Positions 19,524 to 30,586 are shown, counted from the stretch's first letter. The stretch is DNA of 64,000 bases from Bacteroidaceae bacterium (GCA_017548165.1 JAFYMW010000007.1:1720-65719), one strand, 5' to 3'. The notes: generated by a model not told the origin, from the letters alone. Program-made: numbers and translations.

Positions 19524-20273
19524 ATGAATAACATGCCACCTGTAACCAAAAACCTGTTGATTATTAACGCTCTATTCTTCTTGAGCACATTTGTTGCTCC
19601 CAAATATGGCGTTGACTTAAACGGAGTATTGGGTCTTCATTTTTTCCTTGCCGACAATTTCATGCCATGGCAATTGTTGACATACATGTTCATGCATGCA
19701 AACTTTGAACACATTCTCTTCAACATGTTTGCCTTATGGATGTTCGGACGCATAATCGAACAAGTAATGGGAGCCAAGCGCTTTCTGTTCTACTATTTGG
19801 CATGCGGCATTGGCGCTGGTCTTGTACAAGAACTTGTGCAATGGTTCAACTACATTAGCCTTGAACATGTTGACGTGGCTCGTAGCGGAACAGAACTTGT
19901 TTATGGAAAATATGTTGTCCAGAACGGATTGGCAATGGATATCAACATGTGGAGAACAGTCGGAGCTTCTGGTTCGGTATACGGAATATTACTGGCCTTC
20001 GGCATGATATTCCCAAACGAGAAGATGTTTATCTTCCCGCTTCCCTTCCCCATTAAAGCAAAGCTATTTGTTATCGGATATGCACTAATAGAACTATTCA
20101 TGACCAAAAGCAACGATGGTATTGCACACTATGCACATCTTGGAGGCATGCTTTTCGGTCTAATTATCCTACTGATTTGGAAAGACGGAGGCAATAGCGG
20201 ACCTTTGGGCAAATTGCGCAATATGTTTAAGCGCAAACCCAAGAACAACATGCACATATATCGAAGAAACTAA
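19524..20273 (+). CDS. rhomboid-family intramembrane serine protease
   Basis: Multi-TM protein; catalytic Ser in GASGSVYGIL and His in AHLGGMLFG. Confidence 0.9.
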   Translation: MNNMPPVTKNLLIINALFFLSTFVAPKYGVDLNGVLGLHFFLADNFMPWQLLTYMFMHANFEHILFNMFALWMFGRIIEQVMGAKRFLFYYLACGIGAGLVQELVQWFNYISLEHVDVARSGTELVYGKYVVQNGLAMDINMWRTVGASGSVYGILLAFGMIFPNEKMFIFPLPFPIKAKLFVIGYALIELFMTKSNDGIAHYAHLGGMLFGLIILLIWKDGGNSGPLGKLRNMFKRKPKNNMHIYRRN

Positions 20274-20288
20274 AAAGATCAAAACATT

Positions 20289-21377
20289 ATGGATAGTATA
20301 AAGTCCAAACTCAAACACAGGATTCATGTGTTGTTTGTCAGCATACTGATTGGCGCAAACATTGCCACAATAGTGCTGATGTGGGCTTCGTGTCTAACCA
20401 CAGAACTATCCCCTATTATACACCCACGTCTGTCGCAAGCAGGGCTATTGTTTCCCGTTTTCCTCGCCATAGACATCGCTTTTCTGTTAGTTTGGCTTTT
20501 TGTTTCCTGGAGATGGTTGCTCTTGCCCGTAATAGGCATTATCGGATGTTGGAATTATGTAAGAGACTATTGTCCCTTGAACCTTGGCCGAGACAAAGAA
20601 GACGGAATCCTGGTACTTTCATACAATGTTGCCAACTTCTTTACCGAAGAGTCCAACGAAATGGACGGACAAAAGACAAAAGAATATATACTCAAAAGCA
20701 ATGCTGACATAATATGCCTTCAAGAATGCCCAAAACAGGGAAGTATTTTTCCTGAACTAAAGGAAACGTTGGAAGCCCAAGGATATAAGACCAAGTTTGC
20801 ACATGGTCTAAGGATATTCTCAAAATGGCCATTTGTAGGCAAAGCCATACACGAGGAAAAGAATGATACTGGCAATGGGGCATTGGCATGGATGATAAAC
20901 ATTGACGGAGATACTACTTTGGTTGTCAACTGCCATTTGCAAAGCAATGGTATCAGCGAAGAAGAAAAGGACGTATATGAGAATGCTATCGATAGTTACG
21001 ACCAGGAACAGATGAAAGCCACAGGTAAACTATTGCTCTCCCGACTATCCCAAGCTGCCTCTAAAAGAGCAGGCCAAACAGACACTCTGTGTTCAATAAT
21101 AAAGCAGTATGAAGGACGCAGTATCATTGTCACTGGTGACATGAACGACACCCCTATATCACACACATTCCAGAAACTAACCAAGCACCTCAACAGCGCC
21201 TTTACAGAAAGTGGAAACGGACTAGGAATCTCGTTCATTCGTAAGGGATTTCCCGTAAGAATTGATCACATCTTCGTAAGCAAAAACCTTAGAACTGGTT
21301 CTACCTATATTGATTCAGAGATAGAATCCTCCGACCACCACCCAATACTCACACGAGTGTATAAATCAGCAAAATAG
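20289..21377 (+). CDS. membrane-anchored endonuclease/exonuclease/phosphatase (EEP) family protein
   Basis: Three N-terminal TMs followed by EEP motifs (LSYNVANF, ICLQEC, GDMNDTP, SDHHPI). Confidence 0.8.
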   Translation: MDSIKSKLKHRIHVLFVSILIGANIATIVLMWASCLTTELSPIIHPRLSQAGLLFPVFLAIDIAFLLVWLFVSWRWLLLPVIGIIGCWNYVRDYCPLNLGRDKEDGILVLSYNVANFFTEESNEMDGQKTKEYILKSNADIICLQECPKQGSIFPELKETLEAQGYKTKFAHGLRIFSKWPFVGKAIHEEKNDTGNGALAWMINIDGDTTLVVNCHLQSNGISEEEKDVYENAIDSYDQEQMKATGKLLLSRLSQAASKRAGQTDTLCSIIKQYEGRSIIVTGDMNDTPISHTFQKLTKHLNSAFTESGNGLGISFIRKGFPVRIDHIFVSKNLRTGSTYIDSEIESSDHHPILTRVYKSAK

Positions 21378-21509
21378 ACACCTATGTGACTTTTTTCAGT
21401 ACATTACTTTGAGTTTTCAGAAAAAAAGTTATACATTTGCATGCTTTTATAGCATAAAGTCACTGGAATAATTAACTAAATCAAAACATAATTAACATCT
21501 AAAACAAAA

Positions 21510-24500
21510 ATGCAAAACAAAGGATTTGTTAGGTTTATTGCCGTTATGCTTACCTTGGTTAGTGCGTTTTATCTAAGCTTCTCTTTCTTCACAAACCATT
21601 GTGACAAGAAGTATCAGGAAAAGGTACAAACAGAGGGCAAGGAGGCTGCTGACCGTTACATGGACTCCCTGAACACCCACGACGTATACTTGTGGTCATG
21701 GAATTTGAAGGAGTGCCGAGAAATGGGTATCGGCCTGGGTCTTGACCTGAAGGGCGGTATGAATGTGATCCTGGAGGTTAGCGTTCCTGATGTGATCAAG
21801 GCTCTTGCCGACCACAAGGAGGAAAACGATGTGACCTTCCGTCAGGCAGTAGAACTCTCTGCTAAGCAGGCTACTGAAAGCCAGAGTGACTTTATTACCC
21901 TGTTCGTTAAAAACTTCAAGCAGATGGCTCCCGAGCGTAGCCTCGCAGAGTTGTTTGCAACACAGCAGTTGCGCGACAAGGTTAACCCCAAAAGCACCGA
22001 CAAGGAAGTAGAAAACATCCTCCGTGCTGAGGTTAAGAGCGCAATCGACAACAGTTATAATGTATTGCGCACACGTATAGACCGTTTCGGTGTGGTACAG
22101 CCCAATATTCAGGCATTGGAAGGCCAGGAAGGTCGTATCATGGTTGAAATGCCCGGTGTTAAGGAACCCGAGCGTGTTCGCAAACTGTTGCAGGGTTCTG
22201 CAAACCTTGAATTCTGGGAGACATACAATAGTCTTGAGATTGTACCTCTGTTGGCTCAACTTGACACCAAGTTGGCTTCTGTTGTAGCAGCAGAATCAAA
22301 CGAAGCAGAAGAAACTACCACCTCAACAACAGAAAACAGCGCTTCAACAGACACTGTTGCAAGCAATAACAAGAAAGGTGACCTTGCTGCAGCTATTGGC
22401 GAGCAAAAGACAACTGATGCCAGCTTGAGCAACGCCGAAAGGGAGCAGTTCAAGAAGCAACACCCCTTATTGTCTAAGTTGCAATTGGTACAAGGCAATG
22501 CAGGTTGCGTTGTTGGTTATGCACACAAGCGTGACATGGAAGCCATTAGCGAACTCCTTGCTACTGTAGATGCACAGGAAGTTCTTCCCACTGACTTGCA
22601 ACTCAAATGGGGTGTTAAGGGTATTGGCGAAGGCGAAAGTTCTGATTGGTACGAGTTGTATGCTATTCGTGTAACAGAGCGCAATGGTCGTGCACCATTG
22701 GAAGGTGATGTTATCACAGATGCCAAGGACTCTTATGACCAATATGGTCGTCCTTGCGTAAGCATGCAGATGAATGTTGATGGCGCACGTCGTTGGGCAG
22801 CCCTCACTAAGGCTAACTTGCATCGTTGCGTTGCCATTGTTTTGGACAACAACGTATATAGTGCTCCCACCGTACAGAGCGAGATTACTGGTGGTAATAG
22901 CGAAATTAATGGCAACTTCACTGCCGAGGACACACGCGACTTGGCAAATGTATTGAAGTCTGGTAAGATGCCTGCTCCTGCTAAGATAGTAAGTGAGGAG
23001 ATTGTTGGTCCTACTCTTGGTGCCGAATCTATTCGTTTGGGTGTTTGGAGTTGTGTTATCGCCTTCGTTGTGTTGATGGTATACATGATTGCCATGTATG
23101 GTTTCATTCCTGGTATGGTAGCCAACACAGCACTGTTGCTGAACTTGTTCTTCACAGTTGGTATCCTCACTAGTTTACAGGCATCTCTTACCATGAGCGG
23201 CATTGCTGGTATGGTTCTTACCTTAGGTATGGCTGTGGATGCTAACGTGCTTATCTACGAACGTACCAAGGAAGAGTTGAAAGCTGGCAAGAAGCTCCGC
23301 GAGGCTTTGGCTGCTGGTTATAGCAACGCATTCAGCGCAATCTTCGACTCTAACTTGACAAGTATCATCACTGGTATCATTCTGTACAATTTCGGTACAG
23401 GTCCTATCAAGGGCTTTGCCACAACATTGATCATCGGTATCGTAGTTAGCTTCTTCACCGCAGTATTCATGACTCGTCTGGTTTACACCGGCATGATGGC
23501 GAGAGGCAAGTGGCAGAACCTCAAGTTCAAGACTCCCGTTGGCAATTGGATTAGCTTCAAGGATCCCAAGTTCCAATTCATGGGTGCATACAAGAAGAGC
23601 TTTGCTATCTTTGGCACTCTTGCCTTGATTGCTGTTGGCGGCATGGTATTCCGTGGCTTCAGCAAGAGCATTGACTTCACTGGTGGTCGTAACTTCGTTG
23701 TCATGTTCGAGAAGCAGGTTTCTGCAGAACAGGCAAATGCGCTACTTGAAAACGCATTCGAAGGCAGCAATATCAATGCCATTGCCTTGGGTACAGATGG
23801 AAATACATTGCGTATCAGCACCAACTACCGCATCAACGAAGATGGTGTAGAAGTTGATAGCGAGATAGAAGCTAAATTGTTTGAAGTTCTTAAGAGCGGT
23901 GGTCTTTTGGCAGACGATTTGTCACTCGAAACCTTCATTAACCGCGATGTACGTACTGGTGGTTCTATCATCAGCAGTCAGAAGGTAGGTCCCTCTGTTG
24001 CAGAAGACATCACTTATGGAGCTATCTGGAGTGTAATTTTGGCAATTATCGCCATCTTTATCTACATCTTGGTTCGTTTCCGTAACGTAGCATTCTCTAT
24101 CGGTTCTATCGTAGCACTGGTATCTGACGTTCTCCTTATTCTTGGAGCATATGCACTACTTTGGGGTATCATGCCCTTCAGCATGGAGATTGACCAGACC
24201 TTCATCGGTGCTATCTTGACCGCTATCGGTTACTCAATCAACGACAAGGTGGTTGTATTCGATCGTATTCGCGAAGAGTTGGGCCTGCATCCCACACAGA
24301 GCCGTTTCGATTTGTTCAACCGTTCGGTAAACAAAACATTGAACCGTACAATCAATACATCAGTATCTACATTCATCGTATTGGCTGTTATCTTTATCAT
24401 CGGTATTGTTGGAGGTGGCGCAGGTAGCATTATCAGCTTTAGCTTTGCAATGATGTTGGGTGTTGTATTCGGTACATTCAGTTCAATCCTTGTTGCTGCT

Positions 24501-24542
24501 CCCACAGCTTTCTTGTTCTTGGACAAAAAGGCAAAGAAATAA
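21510..24542 (+). CDS. secDF: fused protein translocase subunit SecD/SecF
   Basis: 1010 aa. SecD block GLDLKGGMNVILEV...IVGPTLG, and two 6-TM RND-like modules (GMAVDANVLIYER; AIGYSINDKVVVFDRIRE). Confidence 0.95.
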   Translation: MQNKGFVRFIAVMLTLVSAFYLSFSFFTNHCDKKYQEKVQTEGKEAADRYMDSLNTHDVYLWSWNLKECREMGIGLGLDLKGGMNVILEVSVPDVIKALADHKEENDVTFRQAVELSAKQATESQSDFITLFVKNFKQMAPERSLAELFATQQLRDKVNPKSTDKEVENILRAEVKSAIDNSYNVLRTRIDRFGVVQPNIQALEGQEGRIMVEMPGVKEPERVRKLLQGSANLEFWETYNSLEIVPLLAQLDTKLASVVAAESNEAEETTTSTTENSASTDTVASNNKKGDLAAAIGEQKTTDASLSNAEREQFKKQHPLLSKLQLVQGNAGCVVGYAHKRDMEAISELLATVDAQEVLPTDLQLKWGVKGIGEGESSDWYELYAIRVTERNGRAPLEGDVITDAKDSYDQYGRPCVSMQMNVDGARRWAALTKANLHRCVAIVLDNNVYSAPTVQSEITGGNSEINGNFTAEDTRDLANVLKSGKMPAPAKIVSEEIVGPTLGAESIRLGVWSCVIAFVVLMVYMIAMYGFIPGMVANTALLLNLFFTVGILTSLQASLTMSGIAGMVLTLGMAVDANVLIYERTKEELKAGKKLREALAAGYSNAFSAIFDSNLTSIITGIILYNFGTGPIKGFATTLIIGIVVSFFTAVFMTRLVYTGMMARGKWQNLKFKTPVGNWISFKDPKFQFMGAYKKSFAIFGTLALIAVGGMVFRGFSKSIDFTGGRNFVVMFEKQVSAEQANALLENAFEGSNINAIALGTDGNTLRISTNYRINEDGVEVDSEIEAKLFEVLKSGGLLADDLSLETFINRDVRTGGSIISSQKVGPSVAEDITYGAIWSVILAIIAIFIYILVRFRNVAFSIGSIVALVSDVLLILGAYALLWGIMPFSMEIDQTFIGAILTAIGYSINDKVVVFDRIREELGLHPTQSRFDLFNRSVNKTLNRTINTSVSTFIVLAVIFIIGIVGGGAGSIISFSFAMMLGVVFGTFSSILVAAPTAFLFLDKKAKK

Positions 24543-24575
24543 GCGTATAGAATATATACCTTATATATATTATTA

Positions 24576-24608
24576 CTATCACCCGCTGGGTGAGCCTTCG
24601 GGTGATAG
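24576..24608 (+). terminator. hairpin after secDF, 4 nt before tRNA-Arg (terminator or processing structure)
   Basis: CTATCACCC - 15 nt - GGGTGATAG. No T-run follows. Confidence 0.4.
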
Positions 24609-24612
24609 TGAT

Positions 24613-24687
24613 GCCCCTGTAGTTAAATGGATAGAACGAAGGTTTCCTAAACCTTTGATCCGGGTTCGATTCCCGGCGGGGGTACCA
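24613..24687 (+). tRNA. tRNA-Arg (anticodon CCT), CCA encoded
   Basis: Hand-folded cloverleaf. Acceptor GCCCCTG/CGGGGGT has two G-T wobbles (1-72 and 6-67). D loop AATGGATA. Anticodon stem AAGGT/ACCTT with loop TTCCTAA. T arm CCGGG-TTCGATT-CCCGG, then A-CCA. Confidence 0.8.
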
Positions 24688-24705
24688 ATTTTATTACTTT
24701 TCGAT

Positions 24706-26541
24706 ATGAACATAACTGAAAGAGAATCAGTCGTTGTTCGCTTTTCTGGCGACTCCGGTGACGGCATGCAGCTTGCAGGCAATATATTTTCCACCGTATC
24801 CGCAACAGTGGGAAATAGTATAAGTACTTTCCCAGATTACCCCGCAGACATTCGTGCTCCGCAAGGTTCGTTAACTGGTGTTAGCGGATTTCAGGTGCAC
24901 ATCGGTGCTTCTCAGGTATACACTCCTGGTGATCAGTGTGATGTCTTGGTTGCAATGAATGCAGCTGCACTCAAAACACAATACCGATATGCCAAGCCCG
25001 ATGCTGCAATCATCATAGATACAGACAGTTTCGGACCCAAGGATTTGGAAAAAGCACAGTTCCAAACTGAAGACTATTTGGGCGAAATGGGCATTGATGC
25101 AGATCGTGTGATAGCATGTCCTCTGACCACTATGGTCAAAGATTGTCTGGCAGATACTGGTATGGACATCAAGAGCATCAACAAGTGTCGCAATATGTTT
25201 GCACTTGGTCTTGTATGCTGGTTGTTCGACCGCGATTTGGAGATTGCATTCAACTATCTTAAAGAGAAATTCGCAAAGAAACCTGCAATTGCCGAAGCTA
25301 ATATGAAAGTTGTGCAGGCAGGTTACGACTATGGACACAACACCCACTCTAGCGTTTCAAATGTTTATCGTATAGAGACAAAGAACAAGGTACCTGGTCG
25401 TTATATGGACATCACTGGCAATAAAGCTACTGCCTATGGTTTCATAGCAGCTGCTGAAAAAGCAGGTCTGAAACTGTTCCTCGGATCTTACCCCATCACT
25501 CCTGCTACAGACGTTCTGCACGAATTATCCAAGCACAAGAGTCTTGGTGTAACCACAGTTCAGTGCGAAGACGAAATTTCTGGTTGCGCATCAAGTGTCG
25601 GTGCATCATTTGCTGGTGCATTGGCAGTAACAAGCACCTCTGGTCCTGGTATGTGCCTAAAGAGCGAAGCAATGAACTTGGCAGTAATAATGGAATTGCC
25701 ATTAGTAATTCTTGACGTTCAGCGTGGCGGTCCTGCAACAGGTCTTCCTACAAAGAGTGAACAAACCGATTTGCTTCAAGCACTCTTTGGCCGCAATGGT
25801 GAGAGTCCCATGCCTGTACTCGCAGCAACATCTCCTACCGATTGTTTCGAGGCTGCATTCGAGGCATCAAAGATAGCGCTTGAGCACATGACACCTGTCA
25901 TCCTGCTTACCGATGCTTATGTAGCAAATGGTTCTGGTGCTTTCCGCCTACCCAATCTGGCAGAATACCCATCCATCAATCCTCCCTATGTACCAGAGGA
26001 AATGAAGGGAACATGGACTCCTTATATGCGCAAGGAAAATGGCACACGCTATTGGGCAGTACCTGGTCGTGAAGGATTTGAGCATATTCTTGGAGGTCTG
26101 GAAAAAGACGACAAGACTGGTGCCATAAGCACAAATCCAGAGAATCACGATTTGATGACACGCAAACGTGCACAGAAGATTGCCAATATTCCCGTACCCG
26201 AACTTGAGGTTCTGGGCGACAAGGACGATGCAGAGTTATTGATTGTTGGCTTTGGTGGTACTTACGGACACCTTCGTGCTGCTATGGACGAGATGCGAGC
26301 AGACGGTAAGAAAGTTGCAATGACACACTTCCGCTACATCAATCCCCTTCCTGCAAACACTGCCGAGATAATGAAAAAATATCCCAATGTTGTTGTTGCA
26401 GAGCAGAATATGGGTCAGTTGGCCGGTTGGCTTCGCATGAAGGTAGATGGTTTCTGTCCCAAGCAATACAACGAAGTAAAGGGTCAGCCCTTCAAGGTAG
26501 CAGAACTGGTAGAGGCATTCAACGCAATTCTTAACAAATAA
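24706..26541 (+). CDS. korA: 2-oxoacid (2-oxoglutarate):ferredoxin oxidoreductase, alpha subunit
   Basis: MNITERESVVVRFSGDSGDGMQLAGN... is a typical KorA N-terminus. The track ORF from 24460 reads through the tRNA, so I trimmed it to ATG 24706. Confidence 0.9.
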   Translation: MNITERESVVVRFSGDSGDGMQLAGNIFSTVSATVGNSISTFPDYPADIRAPQGSLTGVSGFQVHIGASQVYTPGDQCDVLVAMNAAALKTQYRYAKPDAAIIIDTDSFGPKDLEKAQFQTEDYLGEMGIDADRVIACPLTTMVKDCLADTGMDIKSINKCRNMFALGLVCWLFDRDLEIAFNYLKEKFAKKPAIAEANMKVVQAGYDYGHNTHSSVSNVYRIETKNKVPGRYMDITGNKATAYGFIAAAEKAGLKLFLGSYPITPATDVLHELSKHKSLGVTTVQCEDEISGCASSVGASFAGALAVTSTSGPGMCLKSEAMNLAVIMELPLVILDVQRGGPATGLPTKSEQTDLLQALFGRNGESPMPVLAATSPTDCFEAAFEASKIALEHMTPVILLTDAYVANGSGAFRLPNLAEYPSINPPYVPEEMKGTWTPYMRKENGTRYWAVPGREGFEHILGGLEKDDKTGAISTNPENHDLMTRKRAQKIANIPVPELEVLGDKDDAELLIVGFGGTYGHLRAAMDEMRADGKKVAMTHFRYINPLPANTAEIMKKYPNVVVAEQNMGQLAGWLRMKVDGFCPKQYNEVKGQPFKVAELVEAFNAILNK

Positions 26542-26557
26542 ACTCAAGGACATTATC

Positions 26558-27565
26558 ATGGCAACATATACAGCTCAAGATTACAAAAAGGGACAGCCAA
26601 GATGGTGCCCCGGATGTGGTGACCATTTCTTTCTCGCCTCTCTGCACAAAGCTATGGCAGAAATTGGCGTAGCACCATCAGACATTGCCGTAATATCCGG
26701 TATTGGCTGTTCAAGTCGTTTACCTCACTATATGGCCACTTATGGCATGAACACCATCCATGGTCGTGCCGCAGCAATTGCTACCGGATGCAAGGTAGCT
26801 AACTCTAAACTTTCTGTATGGCAAGTCAGTGGTGATGGTGATGGATTGGCTATCGGTGGTAACCACTTCATACATGCCAATCGTCGCAATATCGACCTTA
26901 ATATGATTCTCTTGAACAATCGTATTTATGGTCTCACAAAGGGTCAGTATTCGCCCACCAGTCCTCGCGGCTTTGTTAGTAAGAGTAGCCCCTACGGTAC
27001 TGTTGAGGATCCCTTCCGTCCAGCAGAACTCTGTTTCGGTGCACGCGGACACTTCTTCGCTCGTGCCGTAGCCACAGATGCTCCTGGCACAATAGAGATA
27101 CTCAAAGCTGCTTACAATCATAAGGGTGCTTCTGTATGTGAGATTATGCAGGATTGTGTCATTTTCAACCATGGCACACACGATGGCATCTACGACAAAG
27201 CTGGTCGTGCAAAGAATGCCATCTACGTGAAGCACGGACAACCACTTGTTTTTGGCGAGAACAATGAGTTTGGACTTGTACAGGAAGGATTTGGATTGAA
27301 GATTGTTGAAATAGGCAAAGATGGTATAACTATCGACGATATTCTTGTACACGATGCCAAGTGTCAGGACAACACACTTCAACTAAAGCTTGCTCTTATG
27401 GGCGATGGCGATGGTTTCCCCATAGCATTGGGTGTTATCCGCGATGTTGAAGCACCAACATACAACGATGCCGTTGAAGCACAGATAGAAGAAGTGAAGG
27501 CACAGAAGAAATACCACAATTTTGCAGAACTTCTGGAGACCAACGACATCTGGGAGGTAAAATAA
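26558..27565 (+). CDS. korB: 2-oxoacid:ferredoxin oxidoreductase, beta (TPP-binding) subunit
   Basis: WCPGCGDH...GIGCSSR...VSGDGDGLAIGGNHFIHANRRN is the TPP motif. Confidence 0.9.
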   Translation: MATYTAQDYKKGQPRWCPGCGDHFFLASLHKAMAEIGVAPSDIAVISGIGCSSRLPHYMATYGMNTIHGRAAAIATGCKVANSKLSVWQVSGDGDGLAIGGNHFIHANRRNIDLNMILLNNRIYGLTKGQYSPTSPRGFVSKSSPYGTVEDPFRPAELCFGARGHFFARAVATDAPGTIEILKAAYNHKGASVCEIMQDCVIFNHGTHDGIYDKAGRAKNAIYVKHGQPLVFGENNEFGLVQEGFGLKIVEIGKDGITIDDILVHDAKCQDNTLQLKLALMGDGDGFPIALGVIRDVEAPTYNDAVEAQIEEVKAQKKYHNFAELLETNDIWEVK

Positions 27566-27652
27566 CTACTGAAAAGATATATTATAATCTCCGCTATTTC
27601 ATTGGACTATACACAAAATGGATACGCGGAGATTTTAAAAAGATAATATTAG

Positions 27653-28954
27653 ATGAATTTTGTTGAAGAACTGAAATGGAGAGGTATGCTCCATCAAATG
27701 ATGCCTGGCACAGAAGAAATGCTTGCATCAGGACAACAGACAGCATATTTGGGTATTGACCCCACAGCCGATTCGTTACATATCGGACACTTGTGTGGTG
27801 TAATGATGTTGCGCCACTTCCAACGTTGCGGCCACAAACCCTTGGCGCTAATTGGTGGTGCTACAGGTATGATAGGCGACCCCAGCGGAAAGAGTCAAGA
27901 GCGCAACCTGTTGAATGAAGAAACATTGCGCCACAATGTCGCTTGCATCAAGGAGCAGCTAGCACGCTTCCTTGATTTTGATAGTGATGCCCCCAACAAG
28001 GCAGAATTGGTGAACAACTATGACTGGATGAAGAACTACACTTTCCTTGACTTCGCTCGCGAGATTGGCAAGTGCATCACAGTCAACTACATGATGGCAA
28101 AGGATAGCGTAAAGCGTCGCTTGAATGGTGAGTTTCAGGATGGTATGTCCTTTACTGAGTTCACATATCAGCTTCTTCAGGGTTATGACTTCCTCCATCT
28201 TTATCAAGAGAAGAATTGTCGTTTGCAGATGGGCGGTTCCGACCAATGGGGTAATATCACCACTGGTACTGAGCTCATACGCCGTAAGCTTGGTGGTGAG
28301 AACAGCGCCTTTGCATTGACATGCCCACTTATCACAAAGGCTGACGGCAAGAAGTTTGGTAAAACCGAGAAAGGCAATATCTGGCTTGATCGCAACCGTA
28401 CCACTCCCTATGCTTTCTATCAGTTCTGGTTGAATGTAGGCGACGAGGATGCAGAACGCTATATAAAGATCTTCACATCTCTGGATAAGGAAACCATCGA
28501 CGCTCTTGTTGCAGAACATAGTCAGGATCCTGGTATGCGTGTTCTCCAGAAGCGTCTGGCAGAAGAAGTAACCTGCATGGTTCACTCTCGTGAGGACTAT
28601 GAGGCAGCAGTTGAGGCAAGCAACATTCTCTTTGGCAAGGCAACAAAAGAAAGTCTTTCAAAATTGGACGAGACCACTTTGCTTGATGTTTTTGCTGGTG
28701 TGCCCCAGTATGAAGTAAGCAGAGAACTATTTGCTGGCGATGGTATCAAGGCTGTAGACCTCCTTGCTGGTGAGACTGCATGTTTCCCATCAAAAGGCGA
28801 GATGCGCAAGCTAACACAAGGCGGTGGTGTTTCTATGAACAAGGAGAAACTTAATGCCTTTGACCAGTTAGTTACTGTAGAGGATTTGTTGAACGACAAA
28901 TACATCCTTGCCCAACAAGGTAAGAAAAAATATTTCTTGATTATCGTCAAGTAA
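27653..28954 (+). CDS. tyrS: tyrosine--tRNA ligase
   Basis: HIGH motif (DSLHIGHL), KMSKS-like KFGKTEKG, and a C-terminal S4-like domain. Confidence 0.95.
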   Translation: MNFVEELKWRGMLHQMMPGTEEMLASGQQTAYLGIDPTADSLHIGHLCGVMMLRHFQRCGHKPLALIGGATGMIGDPSGKSQERNLLNEETLRHNVACIKEQLARFLDFDSDAPNKAELVNNYDWMKNYTFLDFAREIGKCITVNYMMAKDSVKRRLNGEFQDGMSFTEFTYQLLQGYDFLHLYQEKNCRLQMGGSDQWGNITTGTELIRRKLGGENSAFALTCPLITKADGKKFGKTEKGNIWLDRNRTTPYAFYQFWLNVGDEDAERYIKIFTSLDKETIDALVAEHSQDPGMRVLQKRLAEEVTCMVHSREDYEAAVEASNILFGKATKESLSKLDETTLLDVFAGVPQYEVSRELFAGDGIKAVDLLAGETACFPSKGEMRKLTQGGGVSMNKEKLNAFDQLVTVEDLLNDKYILAQQGKKKYFLIIVK

Positions 28955-29087
28955 GTGGCATCACTTATCACCTCTTACTCCCTTAGAGGCATGCCAACAA
29001 ACAAAAAGACAATGGTACAAGTAATGTTTTTGCCGTCAGCAGACAAAATTATTAGAGCAATTCGGCAATGAAATAAATATTTTTTTG

Positions 29088-29095
29088 TACCTTTG
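29088..29095 (+). promoter_or_regulatory. -7 box TACCTTTG upstream of tRNA-Gln
   Basis: Context TTCGGCAATGAAATAAATATTTTTTTGTACCTTTGCAG; 42 nt before the tRNA 5' end. Confidence 0.65.
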
Positions 29096-29136
29096 CAGCG
29101 CAAATGTAAGCCGCATGGCTATGATTTGTATAGGAT

Positions 29137-29210
29137 TGGGCTATGGTGTAATGGTAGCACAAGACATTTTGGTCGTCTTTGTTCTGGTTCGAGCCCGGAT
29201 AGCCCAACCA
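29137..29210 (+). tRNA. tRNA-Gln (anticodon TTG), CCA encoded
   Basis: Hand-folded. Acceptor TGGGCTA/TAGCCCA. D arm GTG-TAATGGTAG-CAC. Anticodon loop TTTTGGT, with one A-C mismatch at 31-39. T arm TCTGG-TTCGAGC-CCGGA, then A-CCA. Confidence 0.8.
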
Positions 29211-29215
29211 TCACT

Positions 29216-29246
29216 AAGGGAGGTCGCCCCAAGGCGAACCTCCCTT
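29216..29246 (+). terminator. hairpin after tRNA-Gln
   Basis: AAGGGAGGTCGCC - CCAA - GGCGAACCTCCCTT with one bulge. Confidence 0.5.
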
Positions 29247-29265
29247 AATTACTTAAAAACGAAAC

Positions 29266-30585
29266 ATGAAGAAACTCCTGATAGAGACATACGGTTGTCA
29301 GATGAATGTAGCTGACAGCGAAGTTGTAGCCTCCGTTATGGGAATGGCAGGATACGAAGTATGCGAACAGTTGGAAGAGGCAGATGCAATATTCCTCAAT
29401 ACCTGTAGCGTACGCGACAACGCCGAGCAGAAAATTCTATCTCGCATAGAATTCCTACATAGCATACAGAAAAAACGCGACGTCAGCAATCGCCTCATCA
29501 TTGGTGTTATCGGTTGTATGGCCGAACGTGTCAAGGAGCAACTAATCCAAGATTACGGTGTGGATCTTGTTGCTGGCCCAGATAGTTATATGGCATTGCC
29601 CGACCTCATTGCACAAGCAGAATGCGGACACAAGGCCATCAACGTGGAACTATCAATGACAGAGACATACAGCGATGTCATACCACAGCGTCTGCACACA
29701 GGACATATCGGAGGCTTTGTTAGCATCATGCGTGGTTGCAATAACTTCTGCCACTACTGTATTGTCCCCTACACCCGAGGTCGAGAGCGTAGCCGCGATG
29801 TGGAGAGCATACTAAAAGAATGCCTTGACCTGCAGCAAAGAGGATTCAAAGAGGTCACACTATTGGGACAGAATGTCAATAGTTACAAATACGAAGACAC
29901 TGACTTCCCCAAACTGCTCCGACTCGTTGCACAAACAGTACCCAGCATGCGTGTGCGTTTCACCACCTCACACCCCAAGGACATGAGCAACGAAACCCTC
30001 CAAGTCATTGCCGAGGAGCCTAATGTGTGCAAACACATACATTTGCCTGTGCAAAGCGGTAGCAATCGCATTCTCAAACTAATGAACCGCAAATACACTC
30101 GCGAATGGTATCTCGACCGTGTGGCAGCAATACGACGTATAGTGCCCGAATGTGCTATCACCACCGATATTTTTGCTGGTTATTGTAGCGAAACAGAGGA
30201 AGAGCACCAGGAAAGTCTCAGCCTGATGCGCGAGTGCCACTACGACTCATCCTTTATGTTCAAATATAGCGAGCGCCCTGGTACTTATGCCAGCAAACAC
30301 TTCCCCGACGACATCCCAGAGGAAGTAAAGATACGTCGCCTAAACGAACTCATCACCTTGCAAAACGAACTTTCTGCCGAGTGCAACAAACTTTGTGAAG
30401 GCAAAGAATATGAAGTTCTCTTGGAAGGAGTAAGCAAACGCAGTCGTGAACAGTTGTTTGGTCGCACCGAGCAAAACAAGGTAGTAATTGTGAATCGTGG
30501 CAACCACCACATTGGAGACATTGTGAGAGTAAGGATAACAGAAAGTTCCAGCGCCACACTCAAAGGCATAGAAGTAACACAATAA
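29266..30585 (+). CDS. miaB: tRNA (i6A37) methylthiotransferase
   Basis: UPF0004 N-domain (ETYGCQMN), radical-SAM CNNFCHYCIVPYTRG, and a C-terminal TRAM domain. Confidence 0.95.
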   Translation: MKKLLIETYGCQMNVADSEVVASVMGMAGYEVCEQLEEADAIFLNTCSVRDNAEQKILSRIEFLHSIQKKRDVSNRLIIGVIGCMAERVKEQLIQDYGVDLVAGPDSYMALPDLIAQAECGHKAINVELSMTETYSDVIPQRLHTGHIGGFVSIMRGCNNFCHYCIVPYTRGRERSRDVESILKECLDLQQRGFKEVTLLGQNVNSYKYEDTDFPKLLRLVAQTVPSMRVRFTTSHPKDMSNETLQVIAEEPNVCKHIHLPVQSGSNRILKLMNRKYTREWYLDRVAAIRRIVPECAITTDIFAGYCSETEEEHQESLSLMRECHYDSSFMFKYSERPGTYASKHFPDDIPEEVKIRRLNELITLQNELSAECNKLCEGKEYEVLLEGVSKRSREQLFGRTEQNKVVIVNRGNHHIGDIVRVRITESSSATLKGIEVTQ

Positions 30586-30586
30586 T

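Noticed and set aside
24460-24705. N-terminal 82 codons of the 693-aa ORF listed for korA
   Set aside because: This stretch reads through the secDF 3' end, a hairpin and the complete tRNA-Arg gene. A conserved KorA N-terminus begins at ATG 24706.
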